From Acidimicrobiales bacterium (GTDB taxonomy: Bacteria; Actinomycetota; Acidimicrobiia; Acidimicrobiales; Bog-793), in contig JBEKGS010000007.1 of assembly GCA_050012675.1 (NCBI GenBank), forward strand, positions 14,405 to 78,404: a stretch of DNA of 64,000 bases, read 5' to 3'. Position numbers and translations under genes: made by a program. The notes beneath the pieces were generated by a model, which was given only the letters and a program-made list of their open reading frames with translations, did not search any database and was not told the origin of the DNA. Of the stretch, positions 17,558 to 26,816 are shown piece after piece (positions within the stretch are counted from its first letter, which is position 1; each line of letters begins with the position of its first letter).

Positions 17558-18273
17558 CCTGGGACAAGGGTCCGTTGCTCGGGTTCGACCTGGAAACGAC
17601 CGGCGTCAATCCCTGTTCGGACTTACCGGTCCAAGTCGCGTTGATCCGTTGGGAGCCGTGCGGATGTGGCTACCGCAACGTTTTCCTCGTCGACCCTGGA
17701 CGCGAGATCCCTCCAAGTGCGGAGGCTGTCCACGGGATCTCGACGGAGAAGGCACGCCACGAAGGCTGCCCACTCGGCGAGGCCGCCGCGACCGTGCATG
17801 CTGCTCTCCGCAAGGCCCAAGAGGATCTGGTGCCGGTGGTGGCCATGAACGCCAGCTTCGACATCACGATCGCGGAGATGCTGTTCAGGAAGTTCGGGCT
17901 GGCACCTATCCATTGGCGGGCGCTGGTCGACCCTCTCGTAATCGACCGCAAGGTCGACTGTTTCCGAGCCGGAAAACGCCGTTTGGACGCCCTGTGCGCA
18001 ACTTACGGTGTCGCACTTGGCAGTCCGCACGACGCGGGCAGCGATGCCACTGCGACACTCGCGCTCGCCTGCAAGATCGCGCACCTGTATCCGGAGATCG
18101 CCAGATACGAGATCGGCCGGCTCACCCAGGTCCAAGCTGACTGGCACCGTAGCTGGGCCCTCGAGCACGACATGTGGCGAAGGCACAACGGTGAGCCCGG
18201 CCTTGCGCCAGGGGACTTCTGTTGGCCTCTGCGTGAAACCCCTCGACCTTCGCGGTACGCCTCTAGCCGGTGA
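17554..18273 (+). CDS. DEDDh 3'-5' exonuclease (DnaQ/epsilon-like)
   Basis: Exo I GFDLETTG, Exo II AMNASFDITI and Exo III PHDAGSDATAT. ATG 17554 overlaps the upstream stop (ATGA). Confidence 0.85.
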   Translation: MTWDKGPLLGFDLETTGVNPCSDLPVQVALIRWEPCGCGYRNVFLVDPGREIPPSAEAVHGISTEKARHEGCPLGEAAATVHAALRKAQEDLVPVVAMNASFDITIAEMLFRKFGLAPIHWRALVDPLVIDRKVDCFRAGKRRLDALCATYGVALGSPHDAGSDATATLALACKIAHLYPEIARYEIGRLTQVQADWHRSWALEHDMWRRHNGEPGLAPGDFCWPLRETPRPSRYASSR

Positions 18274-18327
18274 CCACTAGCGACAAGCTTGCCGGGTCGG
18301 TCGCCGGCAATACCGACGACAGGGATA

Positions 18328-19830
18328 TCAGCAGGGTGTGGGGTCCCAGGGCTCCGGCGAGTTGTTGTAGATAGGCGTCTCTCCCGCCGGGGTCGGGGCG
18401 ACCGTGGTGACTGTCGTCTGGTTGGATGCCGTGCTGGCGGTCGTGGTCGTCGTCACGGTCGCGCTCGCGAGGATCGCAGTCCAGATCAGGCTCGCCGTGT
18501 TCGCCGCCGAAGTCGCGCTCGCCGTGGTCGAGGTGCTGGAGGTCGTCGGGGGGGTCTTCGCGGTCGAGCCGAACGCGAGGAAGTTCCTGATCACGACGTC
18601 GTCAGCGGCGGCACTCGGCAACAGCACGTCGGCTCCGCCGGACGTGATGTACGGGCCGACGGTCGGGAGGGTAACCGCCTTCAAGGACCCGGGTGGGAAG
18701 CCGTGGAACTCCCTGGCCAGGTTGAACATTGTGCCTTCCGACAGGGTCTGGTCGATCGTGAGGTTGTGAACCGCGGCGTTGATGAAACCGGTCACCGCGA
18801 TGGGGTTGGTGATCTCGGCGTTCAGCTGGTGGATCACCGCCCGGAAGAAGGCCTGCTGGTTCCGGATCCGGGTGAAGTCGCTGCCGTAGTCGTTGTACCA
18901 GACTCCCTTGATCTCGTACTGGAGGTTTCGGCTGCGCACGAGCGCCAGGGCCTGATTGCCGTTGACGACCTGACAGCCGGTCTTCAAGATGCGCAGACCG
19001 GTCGGGTTCGTGGCCACGCCGTTCACGTACTCGCGGTCCCTCAAGGGATCGGTGAAGCGCAGGTGTATGCCACCGATCGCATTCACCATGTTCTGCAGGC
19101 CGGGGAAGTTGACCTCCACGAAGTAGTTGATCGGTATGTGGAAGTCCTGCAGGATCGTCTGCACCAAAAGCGCCGGCCCGCTGTTGAAGGCGGCGTTGAT
19201 CCGGTTCTGGCCCGATATGTACTCGACGTTGCCCGGAATCGTGACCCAGGTGTCGCGAGGTATCGACAGCATCTCGATCCTGCGCTCGGCCGGCACGACG
19301 CGCACGAGGATGATGACGTCGCTGCGCTGGCCTCCGGTGTCCGCCCCGCATCCGAAGGACTTGCACTGACTGGCATTGCTCACAAAGGCGCGCGAGTCGG
19401 AACCCGCCACGAGGACCGTGAAGGGCGCCCCGGGCTTGGAAACGTGCGCGAGATTGGGTACGTCGACCTTCTTTATGTGGTGGAACTCGAAGTCGAGGTA
19501 CAAAAAGCCACCGAGGCCGACCACGACGATGAGCAACACGACCAATCCGGTCGCGACCAAGGCGCGCTTGGTCCAGCGCCTGCGTTTGGAGGGGCGGGCC
19601 CTGTGACCACGGCCGTTGCGCGAGGGGGCTCGCCTGACGGCGTTCTGCCCTCCGCGGGCGCCCCCGGCGCCAACGCCGCCGCCGCCCGGCGTCGTTTCAC
19701 CCACAGAAGCTGTGGGTCCGGGCTTGTCGCCCCCCGACAGCAACGGATCGGAATCGGGCAATTCGCCGTCGAAGGGGGCGTCAGGCACGGCACTGGAGGT
19801 TACTGCCTCTTCGGACGGACCTTCAGTCAC
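18328..19830 (-). CDS. LytR-CpsA-Psr (LCP) family cell-envelope phosphotransferase; start tentatively GTG 19830
   Basis: N-terminal TM (LVATGLVVLLIVVVGLGGFLYL) and LCP core FTVLVAGSDSR...RSDVIILVRV...MLSIPRDTWV...INAAF. The C-terminal 76 aa are Thr/Ser/Ala-rich. The longer ORF start would overlap dnaB. Confidence 0.85.
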   Translation of the reverse strand: MTEGPSEEAVTSSAVPDAPFDGELPDSDPLLSGGDKPGPTASVGETTPGGGGVGAGGARGGQNAVRRAPSRNGRGHRARPSKRRRWTKRALVATGLVVLLIVVVGLGGFLYLDFEFHHIKKVDVPNLAHVSKPGAPFTVLVAGSDSRAFVSNASQCKSFGCGADTGGQRSDVIILVRVVPAERRIEMLSIPRDTWVTIPGNVEYISGQNRINAAFNSGPALLVQTILQDFHIPINYFVEVNFPGLQNMVNAIGGIHLRFTDPLRDREYVNGVATNPTGLRILKTGCQVVNGNQALALVRSRNLQYEIKGVWYNDYGSDFTRIRNQQAFFRAVIHQLNAEITNPIAVTGFINAAVHNLTIDQTLSEGTMFNLAREFHGFPPGSLKAVTLPTVGPYITSGGADVLLPSAAADDVVIRNFLAFGSTAKTPPTTSSTSTTASATSAANTASLIWTAILASATVTTTTTASTASNQTTVTTVAPTPAGETPIYNNSPEPWDPTPC

Positions 19831-19858
19831 CCGGTAGCGGCCGACGAGTCGAGCCCGC

Positions 19859-21256
19859 TCAGACTCTCGCCAGGTCCACGAACTTCGCGTAGTTCGCGAT
19901 GAACGCCAGGTGGGCAGAGCCCGTCGGGCCATTGCGGTGCTTGGCGACTAGCACCTCGGCGGTTCCGCGGTCGGCCGAGTCCGGGTTGTAGACCTCGTCT
20001 CGGTAGATGAACATCACGACGTCGGCATCCTGCTCGATGGCGCCGCTCTCCCGGAGGTCCGCGAGCATGGGGCGTTTGTCCGCGCGGGCTTCGAGACCAC
20101 GCGACAACTGGCTGAGCGCCACGACTGGCAGCTGCAGTTCCCGAGCGAGAATCTTGAGCCCGCGGGAGATCTCGGAGATCTCGACTTGGCGGTTCTCGGC
20201 CGAGGTCCGGCCCGTCATGAGCTGAAGGTAATCGATGACGACGAGGCCGATGCCGTCCGAGGATCTCATCCGACGGGCTTTGGCGCGGATGTCCATGATG
20301 GTCACGTTCGGATTGTCGTCTATGAACAGCGGCGCCATGTCGATGCGGCCGATCGCGCTCGATATTCGCGGCCAGTCACTGTCGAGCAGCCTGCCGTTGC
20401 GAAGTTTGCTGACGTCAAGGCGGGCTTCTGCTGCCAACACGCGCTGGGCAATCTCCAGGTGGCTCATCTCGAGCGAGAAGAACAGCACCGGGACGCCCTG
20501 GTTCGTAGAGGCGTGCGCCGCCAGTCCGAGTGCGAAAGCCGTCTTGCCCATTGACGGCCGGGCGCCCACGACGACCAGGTTGGAGGGCTGAAGACCCGAG
20601 AGGAGATAGTCGAGCTCGCTGTAGCCGGTCGGCACGCCGGTGATCGTCTCGCCCCTGTCGTAAAGGTGGTCGAGGCGTTCAAGGCTCTCGGTCAAAAGGT
20701 CCTTCAATGACCGCACGGAATCCGAGGTGCGTCGCTGGGCGACGTCGAACACCATCGCCTCGGCCTGGTCGAGCGCTCCGGCTACGTCGGACGGAACCTC
20801 GTAGCCAATCTCGGCGATCTCGTGCGCGACTCCGATGAGACGCCGCAGCAGTGCGTGCTCTTGAACGATGCGCGCGTAGCGGCCCGCGCTCGAAATGGCA
20901 GGCGTGTTGGCCTGCAACGCGATGAGGGCAGCTGCTCCACCCGAAGCGTCGAGCACTCCGACGCGACGAAGCTCCTCGGGAACCGTCACGTAGTCCGCAG
21001 GCTCACCCCTCGCGTAAAGCGAGGTGATTGCCTCGAAGATATGCGCGTGAGACGGCTTGTAGAAGTCCTCGGCGCTGACCTGTTCGACTACGACTGCGAT
21101 CGCATCGCGCGAGAGCAGCATGGCTCCCAGCACGGACTCTTCGGCATCGAAGTTGTGCGGGGGTACCCGCGAGCCGCCAGCGGTCATGACCGTGGCCGAA
21201 GGGCCAGAGCCGCGCCCGCGCCGTGACATGTCTGGCACGGGCTGCAAAACAGTCAT
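19859..21256 (-). CDS. dnaB: Replicative DNA helicase DnaB; start ATG 21256 or 21229
   Basis: PPHNFDAEESVLGAMLL, Walker A GARPSMGKTAFAL, LFFSLEMS, VIDYLQLM; no intein-like insertion. Confidence 0.95.
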   Translation of the reverse strand: MTVLQPVPDMSRRGRGSGPSATVMTAGGSRVPPHNFDAEESVLGAMLLSRDAIAVVVEQVSAEDFYKPSHAHIFEAITSLYARGEPADYVTVPEELRRVGVLDASGGAAALIALQANTPAISSAGRYARIVQEHALLRRLIGVAHEIAEIGYEVPSDVAGALDQAEAMVFDVAQRRTSDSVRSLKDLLTESLERLDHLYDRGETITGVPTGYSELDYLLSGLQPSNLVVVGARPSMGKTAFALGLAAHASTNQGVPVLFFSLEMSHLEIAQRVLAAEARLDVSKLRNGRLLDSDWPRISSAIGRIDMAPLFIDDNPNVTIMDIRAKARRMRSSDGIGLVVIDYLQLMTGRTSAENRQVEISEISRGLKILARELQLPVVALSQLSRGLEARADKRPMLADLRESGAIEQDADVVMFIYRDEVYNPDSADRGTAEVLVAKHRNGPTGSAHLAFIANYAKFVDLARV

Positions 21257-21303
21257 CGTGCTAAGGATGAGCGCGCTGCCCTGGGGGACGCTAGGGCCGG
21301 ATC

Positions 21304-21401
21304 TTGTGGATTTCCCGCAGAATTCCAGGAAGATCCTGTGCACGGAACGTGGACAAGCGTGCCCGCACCCCTGTTGGTGACCGCGCTGGCGCCTGTCCAC
21401 A
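21304..21401. promoter_or_regulatory. Cluster of three DnaA-box-like 9-mers upstream of dnaB
   Basis: TTGTGGATT (21304-21312), CGTGGACAA (21348-21356) and CTGTCCACA (21393-21401). The latter two match the actinobacterial box TTGTCCACA (or its complement) in 8 of 9 positions. The first matches the complement of the E. coli-type box TTATCCACA in 8 of 9 and the actinobacterial box in 7 of 9. Confidence 0.25.
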
Positions 21402-21485
21402 GGTCCTGCTCGAAAAGACGGGCCCCATACGCCAGCACGGCCGCATCGTGACACCCGGCTGTATCACTGCCGGGGCGGCTCACAG

Positions 21486-21935
21486 TCAGCTCGAGCTCAC
21501 TACCTCCAAGGTGAGGCGGAACTCGACGTCGGGATGGAGCCGAACTCCCACTTCGTGGGAGCCGAGGGTCTTGATGGCGTCGTCGATGACGAGCCGCCGC
21601 CGATCGAGCTCGACTCCGGACTGGCGGCTTACAGCCTCGACAATGTCAGAGGCTGTGACGGAACCGAAAAGCCTTCCCTCACTGCCGGACCGTGCCTCGA
21701 TACGAAACACGATCGGGACGAGCTTACGGGCAATGGCCTCGGCGCCTTCACGGTTACGGGCATCTTTCAGGTCGCGTGAGCGGCGCATTGCGGCGGCCTG
21801 GTCCTCGATCCCCACACTGGCCGCTATGGCGCGACCCTGAGGCACCAGGTAGTTCCTCGCGAAACCGTCGGAGACGTCCGTGATGTCTCCCCGCTTGCCC
21901 ACGCCCGGGACGTCGGTACGCAGAACGACCTTCAC
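21486..21935 (-). CDS. rplI: 50S ribosomal protein L9
   Basis: [36 protein letters not shown]. The GTG start overlaps the rpsR stop (GTGA). Confidence 0.95.
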   Translation of the reverse strand: MKVVLRTDVPGVGKRGDITDVSDGFARNYLVPQGRAIAASVGIEDQAAAMRRSRDLKDARNREGAEAIARKLVPIVFRIEARSGSEGRLFGSVTASDIVEAVSRQSGVELDRRRLVIDDAIKTLGSHEVGVRLHPDVEFRLTLEVVSSS

Positions 21936-22393
21936 TGCGCACCCACCTCGTCGTCGATGGCGGCCAGATCGAGCGGCTCAATCTCCGAGTCCTCGATGTC
22001 GTCTTCCAGCACGGTGTCGGTGAGCCCCTCGAGGTCCGGCTCGTCGGGCAATTCGGCACGGGGCACCCCGCGCCCGCCGCCGGCTCCACGGCCCGCCCCA
22101 CGTCCCCCGGGCCGCTCGCTCGTCGTCCGCTGCGTGAAGGGAAGAAGCGCCAGCTCCCGAGCGGTCTTTATAGCCAGGGCGACCTCACGCTGGTGCTGAG
22201 CACAGTTGCCCGACACCCGCCGTGCCCGGATCTTGCCCCGGTCGGACATGAACTTGCGCAGCAGGTTCACGTCCTTGTAGTCGACCCAGGTGGCGTGCTC
22301 CTTGCAGAAGATGCAGATCTTCTTCTTCGTACGCCGACCGGTCTCTTTCGGAACGCGGCGGGTACCACGATCTCGATCATTGTTGCGTGCCAT
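21932..22393 (-). CDS. rpsR: 30S ribosomal protein S18 with a long acidic C-terminal extension
   Basis: Core [64 protein letters not shown], followed by about 64 extra residues (Gly/Arg-rich, then Asp/Glu-rich). Confidence 0.95.
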   Translation of the reverse strand: MARNNDRDRGTRRVPKETGRRTKKKICIFCKEHATWVDYKDVNLLRKFMSDRGKIRARRVSGNCAQHQREVALAIKTARELALLPFTQRTTSERPGGRGAGRGAGGGRGVPRAELPDEPDLEGLTDTVLEDDIEDSEIEPLDLAAIDDEVGAQ

Positions 22394-22870
22394 CTAGAAG
22401 GGCTCCTCGTCGTAGGCCGCGAAGGGTTCGCTGGCAGGTTGAGCAGCCGGACGGGGGGCAGCACTACGGCCGCCACCGCCACCCGGACCACCGTCCGAAG
22501 GTCCGCGCCTCTCGTTCTTTACCACCTGTGCGGTTGCCCAACGCAGGCTCGGGCCAAGCTCGTCGGCCACGATCTCGATCTTCGACCGCTTGTCGCCTTC
22601 GGCCGTTTCCCAGCTGCGCTGCTCGAGCCGGCCGGTGACAATCACCCTTGCTCCCCGGGTCAGGGTCTCACTCACGTTCTCCGCCATCTCGCGCCAACAC
22701 ACGACGTCGAAGAAGGAGGTCGCTTCCTCCCACTCCTGGGTCTGGCGATTCTGCCAGCGGCGGTTCACCGCCAGTCCGAAGCTCGCTGTGGCCTGCCCGT
22801 TCGGCGTGAATCGCAGCTCAGGGTCACGCGTGACGTTGCCTACCAGCGTGACGGAGTTCCCGTTCGACAT
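22394..22870 (-). CDS. ssb: Single-stranded DNA-binding protein
   Basis: VTLVGNVTRDPELRFTPNGQATASFGLAVN OB-fold, a Gly-rich linker and an acidic tip DEEPF. ATG 22870 is preceded by GGAG. Confidence 0.95.
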   Translation of the reverse strand: MSNGNSVTLVGNVTRDPELRFTPNGQATASFGLAVNRRWQNRQTQEWEEATSFFDVVCWREMAENVSETLTRGARVIVTGRLEQRSWETAEGDKRSKIEIVADELGPSLRWATAQVVKNERRGPSDGGPGGGGGRSAAPRPAAQPASEPFAAYDEEPF

Positions 22871-22889
22871 TTCATTCGCTCCAGTTCGC

Positions 22890-23261
22890 TCAGTTCGCCG
22901 CTTTGGCCCGGGCAGCCTTGCGAACAGCGGTCTCCCGCCGCTTCGCTTCAGCTCGAAGGGCACGCCCGCTTTGCTTGTCCGGTTGCCGGAGCACCTTGTG
23001 GCGAAGCACGTTGTCGTCAAGAGTCAGCATCCGGTCGAGTTCAGCCACTAGGGCTGGATCGGCCGTGAACTCGATAAGGACGTAGTAACCCTCGCTACGG
23101 TGCTTGAGCTCATACGCGAAACTGCGGCGTCCCCAACGCTCCGCACGACCGGGGTTGCCCCCACGATCGCGCACCAGCGCGGTGATGCGATCAAGACTGC
23201 CGTTGATGTCACCATCTTCCAGGCCGACATCGAAAATGACCATGACTTCGTAGGGCCGCAC
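22890..23261 (-). CDS. rpsF: 30S ribosomal protein S6
   Basis: MRPYEVMVIFDVGLEDGD...WGRRSFAYELKHRSEGYYVLIEF. GTG start preceded by GGAGGAGGTGA. Confidence 0.95.
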   Translation of the reverse strand: MRPYEVMVIFDVGLEDGDINGSLDRITALVRDRGGNPGRAERWGRRSFAYELKHRSEGYYVLIEFTADPALVAELDRMLTLDDNVLRHKVLRQPDKQSGRALRAEAKRRETAVRKAARAKAAN

Positions 23262-23407
23262 GGCGGCCTCACCTCCTCCGGACCCGGCGCGCTGGGCGCT
23301 CGGGGCCCCGGCTCTGACGGGGCAGGGGTTTAGGGAACGACATCATGGTAGCCGAGCCCGGCAGCGCTCGGCGCGGGTCCACGCCGAGAGCTTCGCAGGC
23401 AGATGTG

Positions 23408-24274
23408 TCACACAGCCGTCCGCCCTTGTTCGGGAGACAGGCCGAGCGCCGAGCGCAGCTCCGAAGACGCGTGGTACGACTCGGCCTCGGACGGATACCG
23501 TCCTGCCCTCACGTCGGCTGCCCATTCACTCACCGCCGCGGTAGCGGCGGCGCCCAGCTCTGCGTAACGGCGCACGAACCTGGGAACTGTCGGTCCCGCC
23601 AGACCTAGGAGGTCGTGCAGGACGATGACCTGCCCGTCACAGGCCGGCCCCGCCCCGATGCCGATCGTGGGGACGTCGACCTCTTCGGTGATGCGTTCAG
23701 CCAGGGCATCGGGCACACCCTCGAGCACGATGGCAAAACATCCCGCAGCGACGAGAGCCTCCGCGTCCCGACGCAGCTCGGAGGCGGCCACCATCTCGCG
23801 CCCTTGCACCTTGTAGCCGCCCATGGCATGAACAGACTGTGGGGTGAGTCCGAGGTGGCCCATTACAGGTATCTCGGCCTCAATAATGGCCCGCACCGCG
23901 GGAACTCGTCGGCGGCCACCCTCGAGCTTCACCGCCTGGGCCCCGGCTCGCACGAGGACGGCCGCGTTGTGGACCGTGTCACTGGCCTCGAGATGGTAGG
24001 TGAGCCAGGGCATGTCGCCCACGAGCAGAGCTCGCGGCTTCGCGCGGGCGACGGCACCGACGTGATGGGCGAGGTCCTCGATGCCGACATGGAGAGTGTC
24101 CTCCCATCCGAGCACGACCTCGGCGAGGGTATCGCCGACGAGGATCACGTCGACATCGGCTTGGTCCACGGCGCGGGCAAAGGGCGCGTCGTAGGCCGTG
24201 ATCATGACAATGGGTTGTGCCCCCCGGCTCCGCTTGCGTGCGCGGATGTCGGGCACCGACACGTTCTCTGTCAT
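23408..24274 (-). CDS. panB: 3-methyl-2-oxobutanoate hydroxymethyltransferase
   Basis: IVMITAYDAPFARAVDQADVDVILVGDTLAEVVLG, AVKLEGG and MGHLGLTPQS motifs; 288 aa. Confidence 0.95.
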   Translation of the reverse strand: MTENVSVPDIRARKRSRGAQPIVMITAYDAPFARAVDQADVDVILVGDTLAEVVLGWEDTLHVGIEDLAHHVGAVARAKPRALLVGDMPWLTYHLEASDTVHNAAVLVRAGAQAVKLEGGRRRVPAVRAIIEAEIPVMGHLGLTPQSVHAMGGYKVQGREMVAASELRRDAEALVAAGCFAIVLEGVPDALAERITEEVDVPTIGIGAGPACDGQVIVLHDLLGLAGPTVPRFVRRYAELGAAATAAVSEWAADVRAGRYPSEAESYHASSELRSALGLSPEQGRTAV

Positions 24275-24317
24275 CTTCGGGACCTCCTCCCGTCCGGCGC
24301 ACCAGGGCTGCCGGCGG

Positions 24318-24737
24318 TCAATCAGCGGTCGTGCCTCCTGGTGCGAAAACGCTCAGGAGATGGTTCCAAGCACATCCGGTGCAAACTTCGACGACGTAGC
24401 AAGCTACGTCGGCACTACGACTGCCCGTCCTGCGCTCGAGCTCGCGAAGGTCGGCGAGCGGAAGTCCGCCCGGGGGAAGTCCGGGCCCGAATGCGAACGT
24501 CACGAGCACGAGCTGCTCGTGCTCGCAGATGGGACACTCGGTATCGGTCTCGCGCCCGAGGTTCTTCGCGACACGGAGCAACTCGGGCTGAGCGTCGCAG
24601 ACATCGAGCCGACCGAGGCGACCCCGCCGGTACTCCTTGACTATCGACTCGCGGATCAGTCGGTATTCGATCCGGCCGGGACGCGCAAGTCCGCCGACTC
24701 CCCAACTCGACTCTGGACCGCTCCGGACGCTCGACAT
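24318..24737 (-). CDS. Conserved actinobacterial Cys-rich protein (DUF5318-like, family name recalled from memory)
   Basis: 139 aa from ATG 24737. RIEYRLIRESIVKEYRRGRL...CDAQPELLRVA, plus CPICE and CTGCAWNH (two CxxC pairs). The 405-aa ORF-track version runs antisense through the PadR gene and is rejected. Confidence 0.75.
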   Translation of the reverse strand: MSSVRSGPESSWGVGGLARPGRIEYRLIRESIVKEYRRGRLGRLDVCDAQPELLRVAKNLGRETDTECPICEHEQLVLVTFAFGPGLPPGGLPLADLRELERRTGSRSADVACYVVEVCTGCAWNHLLSVFAPGGTTAD

Positions 24738-24907
24738 CCCGGCCAGGCTACCGTGCCCGCCACCCCGGCTTTGACCGTCGCGAGTCAGCGAGACCGAGAG
24801 AGCCGGTCGTGGCGCGTCGGCCCAGAGCACAACCGCCGATGTCACGCTCAGCACGACCTGTACGACCAGCGGCGCTTCGCCACCGCCGGGCCGCTCCGAA
24901 CGTGTCG

Positions 24908-24934
24908 GACGACATATCGTTTCGATATGTCGTC
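24908..24934. promoter_or_regulatory. Candidate PadR operator, 12+3+12 perfect inverted repeat, adjacent to a -10-like TACAAT
   Basis: GACGACATATCG-TTT-CGATATGTCGTC read directly. TACAAT at 24939-24944 ends 6 nt before the PadR GTG at 24951, consistent with a leaderless transcript. Confidence 0.5.
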
Positions 24935-24950
24935 GTGATACAATGGCGCT

Positions 24951-25721
24951 GTGCTCGAGTTGGCGATCCTGGGGTTGTTGAAGGAACACCCAATGCACGG
25001 CTACGACCTGCGTAAAAGGATGCGGGAGGATTTCGGCCTTCTTTCGAGCCTTTCCTTCGGTTCCCTGTACCCGGCTCTGGCACGACTCGAAGCTTCGGGC
25101 GCGGTGCGCGAGGTCCCTTCCGAGCACCGCAGTGCCGGAGGGCAGGCCACCACGACGTTCGTGTCCGCCGGCTCGATCGCCGGTGAGAGGGCGGCGTTCA
25201 GGGCACGCCTCGCCTCTCGCCGCGCAGCATCGGCCCGATCGGGCGCCGGCACACGGGGCCGGCGCGTATATGAGATCACCGCCCGCGGCGACGAGTTGTT
25301 CCGTCACCTGCTCGAGACCGAGGAGCCCAAGTCCGAGGGCGGGCGCGGCTTCGCGCTGCGCTGGGCCTTCGCCGGCTATTTGAGCCCCGAGGCACGGCTC
25401 GCGCTCCTGCAGCGCCGGCGCACCCAGCTCTTGGTCACAAGGGAAGGCTCGCGCCGGGCCGTCGAGTCTCCGTGGAGGACACTCGACCGATACCAGCGTT
25501 CCCTCGTCGACCACGACAAGGAAGCGACCGAACACGACCTGAACTGGATCGACCGTCTCATCGCCACCGAACAGGCGACCCAGGTCGCCTCACCGGCGCC
25601 CAGCGTGGCGTTCGGATCACCAACCCAAGCCGTTGAAAACCCGTCTGCGATCTCGAACGCGTCAGTCGCCCACGCGCGTCCGGCGTTCAAGAGAGCGGCC
25701 ACTGAAAGGAGCAATACATGA
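24951..25721 (+). CDS. PadR family transcriptional regulator (long form)
   Basis: [51 protein letters not shown]. Its end overlaps the ino1 start by 4 nt. Confidence 0.9.
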   Translation: MLELAILGLLKEHPMHGYDLRKRMREDFGLLSSLSFGSLYPALARLEASGAVREVPSEHRSAGGQATTTFVSAGSIAGERAAFRARLASRRAASARSGAGTRGRRVYEITARGDELFRHLLETEEPKSEGGRGFALRWAFAGYLSPEARLALLQRRRTQLLVTREGSRRAVESPWRTLDRYQRSLVDHDKEATEHDLNWIDRLIATEQATQVASPAPSVAFGSPTQAVENPSAISNASVAHARPAFKRAATERSNT

Positions 25722-26800
25722 ATCGCACGGCCCGAAAGATCAAGGTCGCCATCGCGGGAGTCGGCAACTGCGCCTGCTCGCTTGTACAAGGGATCGAGTA
25801 CTACCGGGACGCCGATCCAGAAGACCACGTGCCAGGTCTCATGCACGTCTCACTCGGTGGCTACCACGTCGGTGACACAGAATTTGTGGCCGCCTTCGAC
25901 GTGGACGCGGCAAAGGTGGGCCTCGACCTCTCCAAGGCTGTGTTCGCGTCTAACAACTGCACGCTGCGGTTCTCCGATGTCCCCGCTCTCGGAGTGACCG
26001 TTGAGCGCGGGCCGACATTCGACGGGCTCGGCCTGTACTACCGCAAGGTCATAGAGGAGTCGCCTGCCAAACCTGTCGATGTCGCCGAAGTACTGCGCAA
26101 GACAGGAGCCGAGGTGCTGGTCGCCTACCTGCCGGTTGGCTCAGAAGAGGCCCAGAAGCACTACGCCGCGGCCGCCCTCGAGGCCGGCGTCGCCTTCGTC
26201 AACGCCATTCCCGTCTTCATCGCGAGCGATCCCGAATGGGCGGACCGTTTCACCGCTGCGGGCATCCCGATCATCGGTGACGACATCAAGAGCCAGGTGG
26301 GCTCGACGATCGTCCACCGGGTCCTGACCCGCCTGTTCGAGGACCGGGGCATGATCCTCGACCGCACCTACCAGCTCAACGTGGCCGGCAACATGGACTT
26401 CATGAACATGCTGGAGCGTGACCGACTGATATCGAAGAAGATCTCGAAGACCCGCGCCGTCACGAGTCAGATCGATCGCGCGATCGCGCCGGACAACGTG
26501 CACATTGGCCCTTCGGACCACGTGCCATGGCTCGAGGACCGCAAATGGGCCTACATCCGCATGGAGGGCCGCAACTTCGGCGATGCGCCGCTCAACTTGG
26601 AGGTGAAGCTTGAGGTCCACGACTCTCCGAACTCTGCAGGCGTCATCATCGACGCCCTGCGGTGTGCCAGGATCGGACTGGACCGGGGACTCGGCGGACC
26701 ACTGATCGGCCCGTCGTCCTACTTCATGAAGTCGCCGCCGGTGCAGTTCCACGACGACGAGGCCTACCGGATGGTCGAGGAATTCGCTGCCAACGCCTGA
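25718..26800 (+). CDS. ino1: Inositol-3-phosphate synthase (myo-inositol-1-phosphate synthase)
   Basis: [44 protein letters not shown] and [13 protein letters not shown] match the actinobacterial Ino1 type; 360 aa. Confidence 0.95.
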   Translation: MNRTARKIKVAIAGVGNCACSLVQGIEYYRDADPEDHVPGLMHVSLGGYHVGDTEFVAAFDVDAAKVGLDLSKAVFASNNCTLRFSDVPALGVTVERGPTFDGLGLYYRKVIEESPAKPVDVAEVLRKTGAEVLVAYLPVGSEEAQKHYAAAALEAGVAFVNAIPVFIASDPEWADRFTAAGIPIIGDDIKSQVGSTIVHRVLTRLFEDRGMILDRTYQLNVAGNMDFMNMLERDRLISKKISKTRAVTSQIDRAIAPDNVHIGPSDHVPWLEDRKWAYIRMEGRNFGDAPLNLEVKLEVHDSPNSAGVIIDALRCARIGLDRGLGGPLIGPSSYFMKSPPVQFHDDEAYRMVEEFAANA

Positions 26801-26816
26801 CGAACCCCGGTCCGGA

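Noticed and set aside
24318-25535. 405-aa version of the ORF ending at 24318
   Set aside because: Only the last 139 aa (from ATG 24737) look like a real conserved protein. The upstream part runs antisense through the well-supported PadR gene and is low complexity.
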